The notes: generated by a model from the sequence alone, not told the origin. Positions 12,650 through 25,915 are shown, counted from the stretch's first letter. The stretch is 64,000 nt of DNA from Lytechinus pictus (GCF_037042905.1 NC_087252.1:18106001-18170000), one strand, 5' to 3'. Made by a program: numbers and translations.

Positions 12650-14126
12650 TGACCGCCGCCATTCAGGGCCCGGTAGGAACGATTTTCTAACAGGGGTGAT
12701 GGTTTAAATTTAACAAGCAAAAAAAGAGTTCGCTGCAAAATGAAGGTGATTTGGGGATACATTTATTTATGGATAATAAAACAGCATTAGCACCCTAAAA
12801 TTCACCCCAAAAAAACAATCTTCGCCCAATTATCATATTATTTACATAATCTGAAAAATTACTCTTGTGACTTTCAGAAAATGATCATTTTTTATTCAAT
12901 CTTTGATTACTTTGATTACTCATGGATGACTCAACCGACCAATCTATTGTTCCCATGGAGTCGCCCAATGAGTATGTAGAAAACCACTTATGAAATATTA
13001 CATATAAAAAGCATTCCCTCAAAAGTTACAGCATTTTGATCTAGGGGGACGTACTTGTTTGTTGTGTATATAACAGACATACAGGGACCTGTTTTATGCA
13101 TTATAACATGCCATCTCAAATATTGTGACCTTTTCATCTAAATACTTGGAGCATATCTTGCCCTTTATAATAATTAACATGATTATATTTTATACATTGT
13201 GTTCTACATATCTATTAAAAAAGACATAATCTAACATACACGTATCGATATTGTTATTTACTTGAATGAAATCAATCTTGTATTCTAAGCAGTGAAGATG
13301 CCCATATAACTTTTAAAAGACACAACAATTCCATGAGATATATACAGTGTACTTTATAAGATTTTTATCAATTATTTCAATGCATAACTATATGACACAC
13401 CAAAAATAGATATCTAAAATCTTTAAAAAAATAACATTTAAAAAGCCAATGGAAGCCATACAAAATAATATCTTTTATCACAACTAACATCTAAAACCTT
13501 TTCTCTCTATCTCTCTTGTATTCTTTATAATTTCTCTATCTATCTCTTCATCCCTCTTTGATTTTCCTACTGTCTCTCACATTCTGACACATTTTTTCCC
13601 ACCACTGGTTCTGTCTAACTCATTTTATCACCCCCCCCCCCTTTCTCTCACTCTCACTTCTTTTCGACATCCCGCTGTACTATGATTGGACAACCTTTAA
13701 TGTAAAAAGTACAAACAACCGCAGTCTAATGTAAATTGTATGGTACATGTGCAATGTACTTACATGCTTATTTCTGACCCAATACATTAATGATAACATT
13801 TCTTTATCACAGCAATTGCATGTTGACTGCTTACTGAATACACCGTGTTCTAATACATTTTTCCATTTTATAGTTAGATTTGGATTTCACTCTGTAATGA
13901 TTATTGAAGTTCTTCCTCCAGTTCAACCGAAGATGCTTAACGTAATTGAACCTCCCATTTATATTGAAAGATAAGTCTGATGTGAATCAGTTGTTATATG
14001 CCATCAATAAACTGCTTGGCTTTCAGTGTGAATAGAGAGTCTAGCTGTACATAAAAGAATGTCACCCCCTCTCCCCACACACACACCCTCACACACCTTG
14101 ATAAACAAAAACGAATCCTACTCCCT

Positions 14127-14999
14127 AGGCGGTGCTGCACCATCCCGAGTTTGCTCAATCTCGAGATTTTAGCCCGATCAGCCCTCTTCGCGATTAATCT
14201 CGAGATTCAAGAAACCCCGTCTGCACCATCCCACGAGGAGCTATATCTGCTCGAGCGAGGCAACAAGCCCGATATTCCGGGCATGCGCACTTTCGGATCT
14301 TGGAGTTTCAACGGCCCGCGCTTTTGAATAACTTCCCGCGATATGCAAGCAATGAACTCCTTTCACTAGTATACTTTCGCCGAATTCAACCGGTGTTATG
14401 CAACAATCCTTTCAGCTCAGCGAGTAAAGAAGTGATGTATTCTTCGTGAAATATGATGGCAGAGTAGGAGGCAACGACAGAGAGAGAGAGAGAGAGGGAG
14501 AAGGAGGAAAGAAATGCTATTTGCTCACATTTTGCGAAGGAATATTGAATATGACCATCGTCGATGCGATGAGCGCCTCCCCCTTCGGTCTGGTCTCTCC
14601 CGGGGTCTCTCCCAAAATCCATTCACTGGTGGGGACACCATCGTTGCTTATGAACGCTATTCGCATGTATAAAGTTGACTTTCGCACGTGTTTATGTTTT
14701 GACCAAGGCGGAAGTGGAACGCGAATTGCATTATGGACTGACGTCATGAATAAATTACCCCGAGTCCAATCTCGAGTGCGTCTGCACCGACGAATTAGCG
14801 GGATAATTCGTAAAATAGCGCGCTATTTTGCAAATAAACCCGAGTTGACTTGGGATTGCAATCTCGAGATTAATCCTACGAACTAGCGCGATAATTGCGT
14901 CTGCACCGCCAACTATCTCGAGATTTTTCAGATCGGGATAATTTGCCGGATCAGAAATAGCGCGCTAATTTGAAACTTCGGGATGGTGCAGACAGCCCT
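14127..14999. mobile_element. PIF/Harbinger-like non-autonomous element
   Basis: TIR core CTGCACCATCCCGA / TCGGGATGGTGCAG; candidate 3-bp TSD CCT (14124-14126, 15000-15002); internal TCTGCACC subterminal repeats. Confidence 0.7.
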
Positions 15000-15042
15000 C
15001 CTGTGCTGCCACGGGTAATTTATGCTAGTAATGAGATAGCTG

Positions 15043-15162
15043 TTTTTTATATTGCGCTTTTTGCCTGAGGATACAAAGCGCTGCTATTATTACCCCGGCT
15101 TTAGCCCGAGCTTCCATCACCAGCGCTCATTGCATGAATGGAATCAATCCTGCCGGGTGCCC
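15043..15162 (-). mobile_element. 3' fragment of the same SINE family as 22021-22238
   Basis: GCGCTTTTTGCCTGAGGATACAAAGCGC is the reverse complement (1 mismatch) of the SINE 3' end at about 22176-22203. Confidence 0.75.
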
Positions 15163-15659
15163 ATACGATTTTGGTCAAATTTCCAGCGTTTTCTTTGGCC
15201 GATTTTTCTTTCCGTGTTCAAACCATCACTGTGAGGGGAAATTCGTTCGAAGTGAATAATAAAATTTATACATAATTTAGTATTCTGCGTTTGCTTCTAG
15301 TAATTTTGCTTCATTAAAATCATACAAAGGTACTTAATCGCCTATAATTTTGTCCAATGTGAATTTTATTTCTAATTATACATAGTTTCAATCACAAGCC
15401 CATATGATCATATTTATTTCTATTCCTTGATTGTCTTTCTTCCTAGATGAATCAAAACGTGCATCAATTTATTTATACAGCGTTTGCTTCCCTTAATTTG
15501 TTTAAGTGAAAAGTGGCAACACAACGTCCTCAACCGCATCGTAATATTATTTGTTTCAGTAGTAATTACTTAGTGGGAACTGCATCATTAATAATTTTAC
15601 TCAGTATGAATTACATTACTATATACATGTAAGACATGGTTTCCATCAGTGCAATTTAT

Positions 15660-16159
15660 GCGCATACGTTCGTAATTCCAAAGCTTCGTTATTCCGAAGG
15701 TTCGGATATTCCGAAGGTTCGTTATTCCAAAGGTTCGTATTTCCGATGGTTCGTAATTCCGAAGGTTCGTTTGTCCGAAAACGAAATGAGGTTCGTAATT
15801 CCAAAGCTTCGTTTGTCCGAAAAAGAAGTGAGGTTCGTAATTCCGAAGGCTCGTTAATCCGAAACGAAATGAGGTTCGTAATTCCGAAGGTTCGTTAGTC
15901 CGAAAACGAAATGATTAACGAACCTTATTTCGTTTTCGGACTCACGAACCTTCGGAACAACAAACCTTATTTTGTTTTCTGATTAACGAACCTTCGAACA
16001 TCGAACCTTATTTCGTTTTCGGATTATTGAACCTTCGGAATAATGCCACAAATGTTCGGATTAACGAACCCGTTTACGTTTTCGGATTAACGAACATCGA
16101 GGTATAGGCAATTTACGTGTTTCGGAATTACGAACCTTCGGAATTACGAAGTGTAACCC
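15660..16159. mobile_element. Foldback-like element made of head-to-head arrays of the TTCGTAATTCCGAAGG repeat
   Basis: Repeat orientation flips near 15915; termini GCGCATACGTTCG... and ...CGAAGTGTAACCC. Confidence 0.75.
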
Positions 16160-16605
16160 AAAAATGTATGCATATTTCTCGTTGCTCCTTGTATTTTAAT
16201 ATAATTTGAGTAAAATTACTCAGAGGGGACGCTACATTACTGATAGCGTATAATTTCACTCAGTATGAATTACACTACCACATGTAAATAGGACATGATT
16301 TCCATCAGTGCAAATTATATATGCATAATCGTTTGCTCCTCGTAATTTGTTTCAGTAAAAATTACTCAGAGGGAATACTGCATTCTCGATCGCGTATAAT
16401 GTCCTTCAGTAGGAATTACATTACTTTATACGATAAAATTTCCATCAATGTAAATTATGAATGCATATGTATCGTTTGCTTTTTTGCTTCAGGAATGTCA
16501 GAGGGAATACTACATTATCAACCTTGCATAATTTTCTTCAGTATGAATTTCGTTAATATATAGGATATAATTTCCACTAGGGCAAATTATGTATGCATTT
16601 ATCTC

Positions 16606-19600
16606 TTTTTTTCTTTCAATCTTTATTGATCAAAAATAAATCACGGTACAAATCAAACAAATCAACAAGCTATTTACATGATTAAACAGAGCAGCACTTA
16701 CATACATGTAGGTATATACTTGTCAAGACAGATACATAAAACAAATTAGATATTAAATTACCACTTTTTAAAATGTACAGGTAATTTACCATTTTTCTTC
16801 GCCAAAACATATTCAATATCCTTAATACTTTTGATACGAGCTTTGAATTCCACAATTTTGGGGGTTTTGTTATTAAATTTACAAAAGTGAACATATTATT
16901 TGAAAGCAAGGAAAAGGAATGTTAGAAAATTATCACCTTGAATACCAAAAATCTTTACAAAGGGGGAAAGGATAATATTCGGATGTTGTTTTTTGTTTAT
17001 CATAGATAAAAGATCGTCCAATACAATGTTGACCACCGGACAATCACAAAATATATGAACAATTGTTTCAGGGTCTCTTTTACAGAATGAACAGTTTGGG
17101 GAATTTTTTCTCTTGATTTTAAATAAAAATGCATTAAGGGCAATTGTCTTATGAAACACCTTGAAATAAAATGATCTGAGGCGGCTATCAATAGTACTCT
17201 TAAAATTCAGCATATGTATTTTCTCCCAGTCTACTTTGTCGTTAGGAGGGCACGACTCTTCCCAAAATGAAATACAATCATTTGGGAGACACTGATCGAA
17301 AAATATCGAGTATGCATAACTGCTAACTTTCCTTTTCTCTAATAACTTATCTACAACTTCGGAATGGATATCTAAATCTGGATTATTATGCCAATCTAAC
17401 CATGGACCAGGAATATTTTGTAATAAAAAATTGTATTTTCTTCTATCTTTTGCTGAAATTTCAAAGTCGAGAACTAACTCTTCAAATAACTTGTAACCTG
17501 GATGGGGTGGATTAAAGAGATCACATATAAAAACTATGCCCTTATTAAACCAATTTTCATAAAAGAAAAATTGTTTAAATTTGGATCTGACATTTCTATT
17601 AAACCAAATACAATGTGAATAACCCAAATACAAATAATCATAACCAAACTCAAACGGATTGGGTCTGCAAGTAGGAAACAATTTAAATCATTCAAAATTT
17701 GTTCAAGTGCATGGGCCTTCCACAAAATGTCCCTCATTGCATTAAATTTGTCTAAAAAGGAAACTTCAATTAATTTCCATCCACTATTGTAATTATCATT
17801 TAACAAAACTTTTACCCAAATCATTTTCTGAGCCAATGAAAATGTATAGGGATCAACCATCTTGAGCCCACAGGCAGAAAGGTTATTACAAAAATATTTC
17901 CTCTTTACTCTGTCCTTGCCTCCATTCCAAATAAATCTGTAAAATAAAGTATTTAGATCTTTAAAAAATTTGCTCGGAATTTTAATACACAAAACAGATA
18001 ATAAATACAGCAACTGAGGCATTAATAAAGTTTTAATAACACAGATTTTTCCAACAAAAGACAAATTTCTTGAGCGCCAACAATTCAATATATTCTATAT
18101 CTGCCTCAGTTTAGGAACATAGTTAAGACCATACAGTGAATTAAAATTCAACGAGAATTGAATACCCAATGTTTTGAAAGAATTATCTCTCCATGTTAGA
18201 CCTCTTTCAGCAAATGGAAAATCTTGACAACTTTTTTTCCTTCCTATCCAGATAGCTTCTGACTTAGATAAGTTAAGCCTACACCCTGAACTACTAGCAA
18301 ATTTATCAAGCACTTGAAATAAAATATTAAAAGATTCCAAGGAACCATCCAAAAAACAAATTGAATCATCCGCCATCAATGAAATTTTCACTTCTTCATT
18401 TTGGATTGGAATACCTTTGATATTGTCATTTTGTCTCACAGCTAAAGCCATTGTTTCAATTACAAGTAAAAAAAAAAGATAGGGGGAAATTGGGCACCCT
18501 TGGAATATGCCTCTTTCCATATTAATTACCTTAGTTAAAAATCCATTATTCATAACATAACTTTTCCTCTCGCAATAAATGGTTTTTACCCACGTAATAA
18601 ATTTTTGTTCCCATATTAAAGCGATTCAAAACTTCTATCAACAAATCGTGGTTTACACCGTCAAATGCTTTCTGTATATCAAGGAGTAAAATAGCTCCAG
18701 GGATATTATTTGCCTCAGTATATTCAATCAAATCTAAAATCAACCTAATATTAAAACCAGTATTTCTTTCTTTTAGAAAACCAGACTGATCTTGGTGAAC
18801 TAAGGGGTTTAAACATTTTTTCAAGCGGTTTGCAAGAGTCTTGGTAAACATTTTGTAGTCAACAGTTAAAAGCGAAAATGGTCTATAGTTTTTCAAATAA
18901 CTAACATCTTTATCCTTCTTTGGAATCAAAGTTATTACGCCATTTCTTTGAGAATTCGACATCATGCCTCTTTCCTTTGAATAATTAAATGAATTTAAAA
19001 GTAAGTCACAAATATCAGGCCAAAATGTCATATTGGCAATCCATCAAAACCAGGAAATTTGTTACGTTTCATTGACTTTATGGTTTCATAAACTTCCCCA
19101 TTAGAAATTGGTTGTTCTAAAAAAGTTTTGTCATTCTCAGCTAATTTGGGGATTTCAATTGTATCTAAAAAATCAATAATATCAGTTTGTTGGGTATTTT
19201 GTTTTTTGTACAAGTTTTGATAAAATCTATGAATTTCATTCAAAACATCATCCTGATTAGAAATTGTTTGACCTTGGTCATTTTTAATTCGATATATTGA
19301 TTTCTTTTCTGCAGGTCTTTTCTCTAGGTTGCAAAAATACTTGCAACTTTTTCGCCATCTTCTATCCAACGAAATCGCGAACGAATAATCAAACCTTTTG
19401 TTTCATTGTCAAGTAACCTATTGAGCTTATTATTAAGCTGACTCAATTTTTCAATGGGATCATTATTAAGAGGGTGCTGGTTTAATTGCATTTGAGTTGA
19501 ATCAATCTCTTTCAATAAATCAATTTTCTCCCTTTTCCTTTCTTTCTTCTTTCTTGCACCATATTCCATACATATCCCAGTTATTTTGCATTTTAAGGCA

Positions 19601-21255
19601 TCCCAAATTATATTTGGATTGTACTCTGACTCTTGATGATCGAGTTTAAAGTCATTTATACCTTGTTTCACTACCTGAATGAAATCTGGATCACTAGACA
19701 AAAAGCTACAATTGAGTTTCCAAAAACCAGGACCTTTAGGGGGTTGGGCATCTTTAAATTTCAACAGTACTGGTGAATGATCTGACTGTATACCTGGATA
19801 TATTTTAAAAGAAATACAGTTGTTAACCAAGGTATTAGAAACAAGTATAAAATATAATCTGGACAACACTTTCGGATTATCTTGATGTCTCGTATATTGA
19901 CGTAAATTTGGATGGAAATATCTCCAAATATAAATTAAATCATTCGTCCATCAAGAAATTAACAGTTTCATTTGCTTTAACATTGGAATGTTTCAGTTTT
20001 TTACCTTGATAATCTAATGGACCTAATACTGCATTAAAGTCTCCTGCAACCATAGGAGGGGCATGGGGATATTGGTTAATTCTACTAAATACATCAAAAA
20101 AGAAATCTGGAGCATCTTCATTAGGAGCATTTATATTACAAAGAATCAGAGACATAATTATCATGTATGGTAATAGACATGATCAAATAACGCCCATTAG
20201 GGTCACTATATATGTTATGTCTTGTGAGAGCAAGATGTTTGCGAATCAAAATTGCAACCCCCCCCTACTATTAGAAGAAAAACTAGAAAACCAAGAATGC
20301 TCTCCCCATTGCTGTGACCAAAACTTTTCATCATTAGGTGATGAATGTGTTTCTTGGAGAAATATTATATCACTTTCGATAGAGCGTAAATAATGAAATA
20401 TTTTTCTCCTTTTAATGAGGTCCTGAATTGCACGACAATTGAAAGTAGATAAGGTTACATACATGGTTCAAGAGGAAAAATATCACTTTGGTAAGCATTA
20501 TAACTAAATACGTACATTAAACGAAAATGGAAGTATAATCATTCAAGACACCTCATCATACATGTATCTGCCCAAGACGAAACATAGGATTGAATATACA
20601 CATTTATATGTACTGCTCTGTTACAAAATACCATCAGGATAACATTAAAAACGAATCGAAAACACAAAAGAAAAAACATCAAATAAACAAACAATTGGAA
20701 GTAAAGTAGTGATGGGAAACCAAGGCACCAGGGACAACCAAATGCTTCAAATCACACACAACCCTGGTCTGAGGTGCTAGCAGTATAAAAAACAACAACA
20801 AATTTGAGCAACTTTGAGCAAAACTCACCTTGTGATTACAACTACGGTATCTAAAACTGCCTCAAAGACAAACTGTGGCACTTTTATAACAAAGAAAAAA
20901 GAATGACTGCGATTTCTTGCAAAACATAAATCAACTCGTTAAACCCACAAACCTTGTTGTATCTCAAAGATGCTGTTTAAAAATGGACAAATTCTCATCT
21001 CAAAAGTTTCAAAACAGATAAGACTTCAATTTTAGAGACACATTACAGCCTTGTTCAGCTATTTTTGTCATGATCATGTAAACCATAATTACTGCCTCTG
21101 ATCTGTTGAAAATATATCCAAAAGCTGAATGTGTTGAATTAGAAACTTGGCTCAGGGATATCAACAATACTGCGTACTTTACAAATAGTTCACTAAGTAA
21201 TTTTTTTTAAACTCTTGATCAAAAGTTCAGTACTCTCTCTCTCTCTCTCAGGTAC
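16606..21255 (-). mobile_element. L1/Tx1-clade LINE, 5'-truncated, with complete but frameshifted ORF2 (APE endonuclease, RT, C-terminal Cys motif)
   Basis: ORF pieces from 20464 to 16682: TFNCR...IIFLQETH; AGDFN; SDHSPV; GPGFWKLN; PGFDGLP; KNYRPFSLL; LDIQKAFD; RGIFQGCPISP; MADD; CSFC...ETIVHIFCDC. T-rich 3' tail; candidate TSD ATGTATGCAT(T)TATCTC at 16589-16605 and 21256-21271. Confidence 0.95.
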
Positions 21256-22020
21256 ATGTATGCATTATCTCGTTTGCTTCAGATATATCAATATAATTCA
21301 TTTCAGTAAAAACCACTCAGAAGGAAAATTGCATTATCACCGCGTATTATTTCCTCCAGTATGAATTACATTATGATGAAGATTATATAGGACATCAATA
21401 TTCCATCAGTGGGCGATTCCACACTAGAACACTGATATGAAATCAGTGGGCGATTCCACACTAGAACTTAAAAGATATCATTAATTTCGATATGCTTTCA
21501 ATAGGTCATAACTAGTGTGATATTTTACTATGATACCTACATTTTATGAAAATTCTGAGTTTTAACCAAAAGTGAAGTCGGATGTGTATATATATAGTAA
21601 TTAGTAATTAATATATATAGTAATATAGTAATTAATCTGACATTAAGTGAACTAAATAGGTATTTTTTTATCTCCATAGAATATGAAATGGGTGATTCTA
21701 ACCATTTTAATTGACTTCATGTGGGCCTATTCTTTTGTGAATCCCTTCAGCTAAACTGGTGATTTTCACTGGTCAGAGCTGCTTAATTTCTTTGTCATTG
21801 AGTATGAAAAGAAAATCTTTTTAATGAATTTACCCTAGCATGGAAGATGATTTCCCCTTGCATGCTATTGTGAAATTATTATAAGATGTAAAAAAAAAAT
21901 ACATCAATCTTCTATTTGGACGTCCCTTAAAAATAAGACAAAGCATATGGTTTCATGAAATGCAGAAAAGTTTTAAAAAGTAAAATCGCTTTACAAGTGA
22001 CAGCTATTTGTGACATATAA

Positions 22021-22238
22021 CTCTCGCCTTTGAAACAGAGGGTCGTGTGTTCGAATCGTAGCCATGGCGTATTTTCCTTCAGCAAGAAATTTATCCACAC
22101 TGTGCTGCACTCGACCCAGGTGAGGTGAATGGGTACCCGGCAGAAGTAATTCCTTGCATGCACTGAGCGCCGGCAGCGCTTTGTATCCTCTGGCAAAAAG
22201 CGCTTTATAAATCCAACTATTATTATTATTATTATTAT
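22021..22238 (+). mobile_element. tRNA-derived SINE (5'-truncated)
   Basis: B box GTTCGAATC at 22049; central core TGCACTCGACCCAGGTG..AATGGGTACC; L2-like 3' end GCGCTTTATAAAT plus (ATT)n tail. Confidence 0.8.
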
Positions 22239-22462
22239 ATAATCATGTTTATACATTTTATATGAAAAATCATAACATTTTAGCCCCATAATTTACAAAA
22301 GACAGTTTTATTCATTCATTGTTTAAAATAGTGTATTGGAAATCATCACTTAATTCACTAAAATTTAACTTCACACAAAACCTCAAGATTTTTAGCTCTT
22401 AAAAATGCTGTAAACCATTGTACATTTCCCATCATGAAAAATGATGATATATTGCTCCCAAT

Positions 22463-23010
22463 TTGTCGGCGTTCATCCGACCAGTCGTATCAGTCAATTT
22501 TGGTTTTAAAAAATTGATTTTTTTTTTTTTTCAGAAAATGAATGTACAAGTCCTATTTTATTTATAATTGAATTTCTAGCCAGCAAATTATTTTAGTTTC
22601 TGAGATATATGAGGGGATTTTCACGGAGATGCCAATTTTTTAAATAAAAAGCGCAAATCCCATTGGAAACGTGTACTGTAGCAGAGCGATACGACGTTTT
22701 GACTGACCGCGATTTGGCGTTTTTGTACAGGGGAAATCTAAACCGCTCACACCGAAATTGCAAGCACGGAGCTCTTCTGCGATATTTTCTATAATCCTTG
22801 GTTTTGTGTAAAGATAAGGATACCCACGGAGGATACCATTGTCAAGCAATTGTCTTGGTCTTTATAACCATGTATTTTTCTAGCAATGAATATGTTGTAA
22901 GGCGGGAGAACGAAGTGTGAAAATTATAATAAACTTTGAAGTCGATTTTCTCTGAAATGGGTTTTCAACCGTCGTTTTTGGATAATATCGGTTCGGATGA
23001 ACGCCAACGA
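22463..23010. mobile_element. Non-autonomous TIR element; a second partial copy lies at about 23320-24223
   Basis: TGTCGGCGTTCATCCGA ... TCGGATGAACGCCAACGA; internal 22700-22970 is similar to 23340-23630; the second right end is TCGGATGAGCGCCGACGA at 24223. Confidence 0.7.
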
Positions 23011-23633
23011 ATTCGTCTGCATCCCGTGCGAAGCATTAGGCCTACTTTTTTTATCTGTATTATACAGGATGTGAATTCAAGTCATGTTAAGTCGTGGTTT
23101 TCCTAACACTCTGTTAGTACTTGATGATCACCTTCAGTTACTGGAATATTGTTTTTTTTGTCGGACAACTGTCAAATGATCTCTAAATGTCCCGTACGAC
23201 ACGTATGGATTCGCCCCAGTGCAAATTATGTTTATAATATACTTAAAGGGATAGTCCGGGCTGAAAGTATTTATAGCTTAATAAATAGAATAGAATTCAC
23301 TGACTTTGCACGTGAAAAGCGATACGTTTCTATATACTTTCAACCGCGCGCATTGAAATCGCGGTCAGGGTTGTTGTATTCCCTATAGCGTTTTTGGACG
23401 GGGGAATCTAAACCGAAATTACAAGTAGGCCTTTGAAGCTCTTTTGCGATATTTTCTCTGATCCTTGCTTTTGTGTAAAAAATAAGGATACCATTGTCAA
23501 GCAATTGTTTTGGTCTTTCCAACCATGTATTTACTATTGTCTATATAGCAATGAATATGTTGTTAGGCTGAGAACTGAGCATGAAAATTTTTGTAAACTT
23601 TGAAGTCGATTTTCTCTGAAATGGGTTTGCACC

Positions 23634-24175
23634 CCCAGGGGGGGGGGGGGACTCAGTATATATAATGCATAGTGGGCATGTGCCGGGGAGGGGACCCCCA
23701 TTTTTACACTCAAATTTCCGTTCCAAGGCATAGCATTTTTGTCTTATTGAGAAAAAGAAGAAAGAAAGCCACTCCAAAGCATAGCATTTTCTTCTTATCG
23801 AGAAAAAAAAAAGAAATCCGCTCCAAAGCTTCACATATTTTCCGTTACGCCGTTCCTGCCGCATTGATCTGCTAAAATGAGCCGCAATTTTGGTGAAAAG
23901 CGGCCGCAGAGCGCTGTCCGACCATCGCCTCTGCGCTAGCGCACCCGGCGCACGGTGCCGACCGCCGGGCTAGCTGCATGTACGTTCCATAGGGATGCAT
24001 ACGCACTCACACTCAGGCGACCCGTTCCAGGACCCCCGTTTTCACAAACATTTGTAGTTCCGAAGCCCGTTCCGAGGACCCTCCCTTTTACAAAAAGCCC
24101 GCTCTAAGGCCCCCGTTTTTTGTCTCGCCCGCGGCACAAACCTACTTTTTGGTCGAGTACCCCCCCCCCCCCGGG
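23634..24175. mobile_element. DNA element with CCC(A/G)GGG-poly(G)/poly(C) termini and 8-bp TSD
   Basis: TSD TTTGCACC (23626-23633, 24176-24183); termini CCCAGGGGGG..ACTC / GAGTACCCCC..CCGGG. Confidence 0.85.
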
Positions 24176-24341
24176 TTTGCACCGTCGTATGTGTGATACG
24201 ACGGTTCGGATGAGCGCCGACGATGTATCAATTTTATACTAAATAACCTCGGAGTACTTGAACCATCATTGTGAACGCAATTTTTATTGAATTATCCGCA
24301 TTACTCTTAGGCGGCTAATTGGAGGATAGGTTTTATTGGGT

Positions 24342-25676
24342 TTATGAAAGGGAAATTCTTGGAACCTGCCTACATGAACGACCCCACCAATCATTAAAAT
24401 CTGTAGGGCTTTTCAAATGATTGAATTTTTTACCATCACTTTCAGCTTTTTCGTCAGCTAAAATTCTGTGAACAACTTGGCACATATTTCTTGGCTCAAA
24501 GAGCCAATCCTGCCGAGTGACGACTACCGAGCCATGTTTTTTCCAATGAAAAAAATCGTTGTACAAATTGTCATTCCTATCCAGGAGGTTGATATAATCA
24601 GCAAGGCCTTGAAGCGTTTTGAAGTCCTCAACGTGAATGAATGAATTAGGTGGAGCTACTGCTTCGTAATCGGTACGCTGAGTCCCAAATACAATGGGGA
24701 TTAAATCGTTCATGTAAGCATTATTCCAGAATTTTTCAGTGATATAGTCGCGGCATGCGGAATTCTCAAGAGCAAGGTAAAATTTAAATTGGTGTAGAAA
24801 TTCACTACAACTTGTTAAGTAGTCCTTCCCCCCTACATTTTCATAACGTGATGGGCATGGAGGTTTTTTACCACATTCCCCGTATATGCCCACATCAACG
24901 AGTTGAGACAGTTCTTTGACAAACCCTGTCCTATCCCATGAAACCTCACCCGGGAATTTACATTTGGAGGCAAGCCAAACAACTTTTTGTTTCCGACCAG
25001 CTGCCCAATTACGTGTGTCGTTCAAACTAACCGAAGGTATGAGGGGGTCGTAGTATCCGTAACTGCCGTAAAGTTGTCCCTGTTCTCTAGAACGGAACGA
25101 CATATAATAGTCATAGGCTCTGCTGAAGTATTTCTCAGGAGGGGCAACGTGTTGTCCCGTGTTTGGAGGGCTTTCATGAGAGAAAAAGATTAATTTCTGC
25201 CCGTCTCCTTTGTTGCTCCTTATTCTAGCCCAATCCCAACTGGAAGCATGGAACAGCAAAACAGCATCGCTATCCTTTAAAGTTTCATAGCTAGTGTTAA
25301 AAACTAACTTGATTCCACAGGGTAATCCAGGACAAGACTCAATTCTTTGCGGTAGGTTATCGCTTCTCCATATTTGAATCCGCTTTGTGCATGCTGGCGA
25401 TGAGTTCTTCAAAGTATTTAACTCACCACGCCTATCTTCATTTGCTATAAATTCTGAGTGTCCATGTAAGACTTGCGAAAAATACTCGAAAGAAGATAAT
25501 TGGTAAATTCCTTGAACAGTAGATTTATTTTTACCCTGCCATCCCCCAGTTATAGGCTTCAGAGACGTGGTCACTGGTTCACTGATCAATGTTTGGCAGT
25601 AAAATGTCTCTAAGAATATCAACAGACACAGAACGATGAATAAGATGACAGCAGCTCTTTTGGCTCTGGATAACAT
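24342..25676 (-). CDS. Alpha-1,3-fucosyltransferase (glycosyltransferase family 10), type II membrane protein, 444 aa, single coding exon
   Basis: Intact ORF; N-terminal TM (AAVILFIVLCLLIFL); GT10 motifs FFSHESPP, VVWLASKC, VGIYGECG, FKFYLALENSACRDYITEKFWNNA, IPIVFG, APPNSFIHVEDF, LADYINLLDRNDNLYNDFFHWK. Confidence 0.96.
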   Translation of the reverse strand: MLSRAKRAAVILFIVLCLLIFLETFYCQTLISEPVTTSLKPITGGWQGKNKSTVQGIYQLSSFEYFSQVLHGHSEFIANEDRRGELNTLKNSSPACTKRIQIWRSDNLPQRIESCPGLPCGIKLVFNTSYETLKDSDAVLLFHASSWDWARIRSNKGDGQKLIFFSHESPPNTGQHVAPPEKYFSRAYDYYMSFRSREQGQLYGSYGYYDPLIPSVSLNDTRNWAAGRKQKVVWLASKCKFPGEVSWDRTGFVKELSQLVDVGIYGECGKKPPCPSRYENVGGKDYLTSCSEFLHQFKFYLALENSACRDYITEKFWNNAYMNDLIPIVFGTQRTDYEAVAPPNSFIHVEDFKTLQGLADYINLLDRNDNLYNDFFHWKKHGSVVVTRQDWLFEPRNMCQVVHRILADEKAESDGKKFNHLKSPTDFNDWWGRSCRQVPRISLS

Positions 25677-25915
25677 CTGTGGAAATGTGAAAACAAAAAT
25701 GCAAACATAAATGGATAATGTATAACATTTACTTCAGGTGCTAATTCGAGGAGGGCAAACAGCAATAGTGAAAAGGGAAAACAGTTGTATCAACAGTTAA
25801 AGATGATATAAGATAAAACATGACTTGTCGGATAAACCTCTGACATGTACTTTTATGAAACGCTCACCTGGTCCATCGTTGGATATTGAAACTGACCGTT
25901 ATTTGAGCACTTTTC

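Noticed and set aside
11721..12662. 313-aa and 277-aa repeat proteins
   Set aside because: Explained by a 39-bp stop-free unit; the related array at 15.7-16.2 kb does not keep the frame.
14446..14886. 146-aa ORF as a transposase
   Set aside because: No recognisable catalytic motif; it crosses a GA microsatellite inside a non-autonomous element.
20470..21255. ORF1 of the L1/Tx1 element
   Set aside because: No long ORF or recognisable motif; treated as inter-ORF or truncated sequence.
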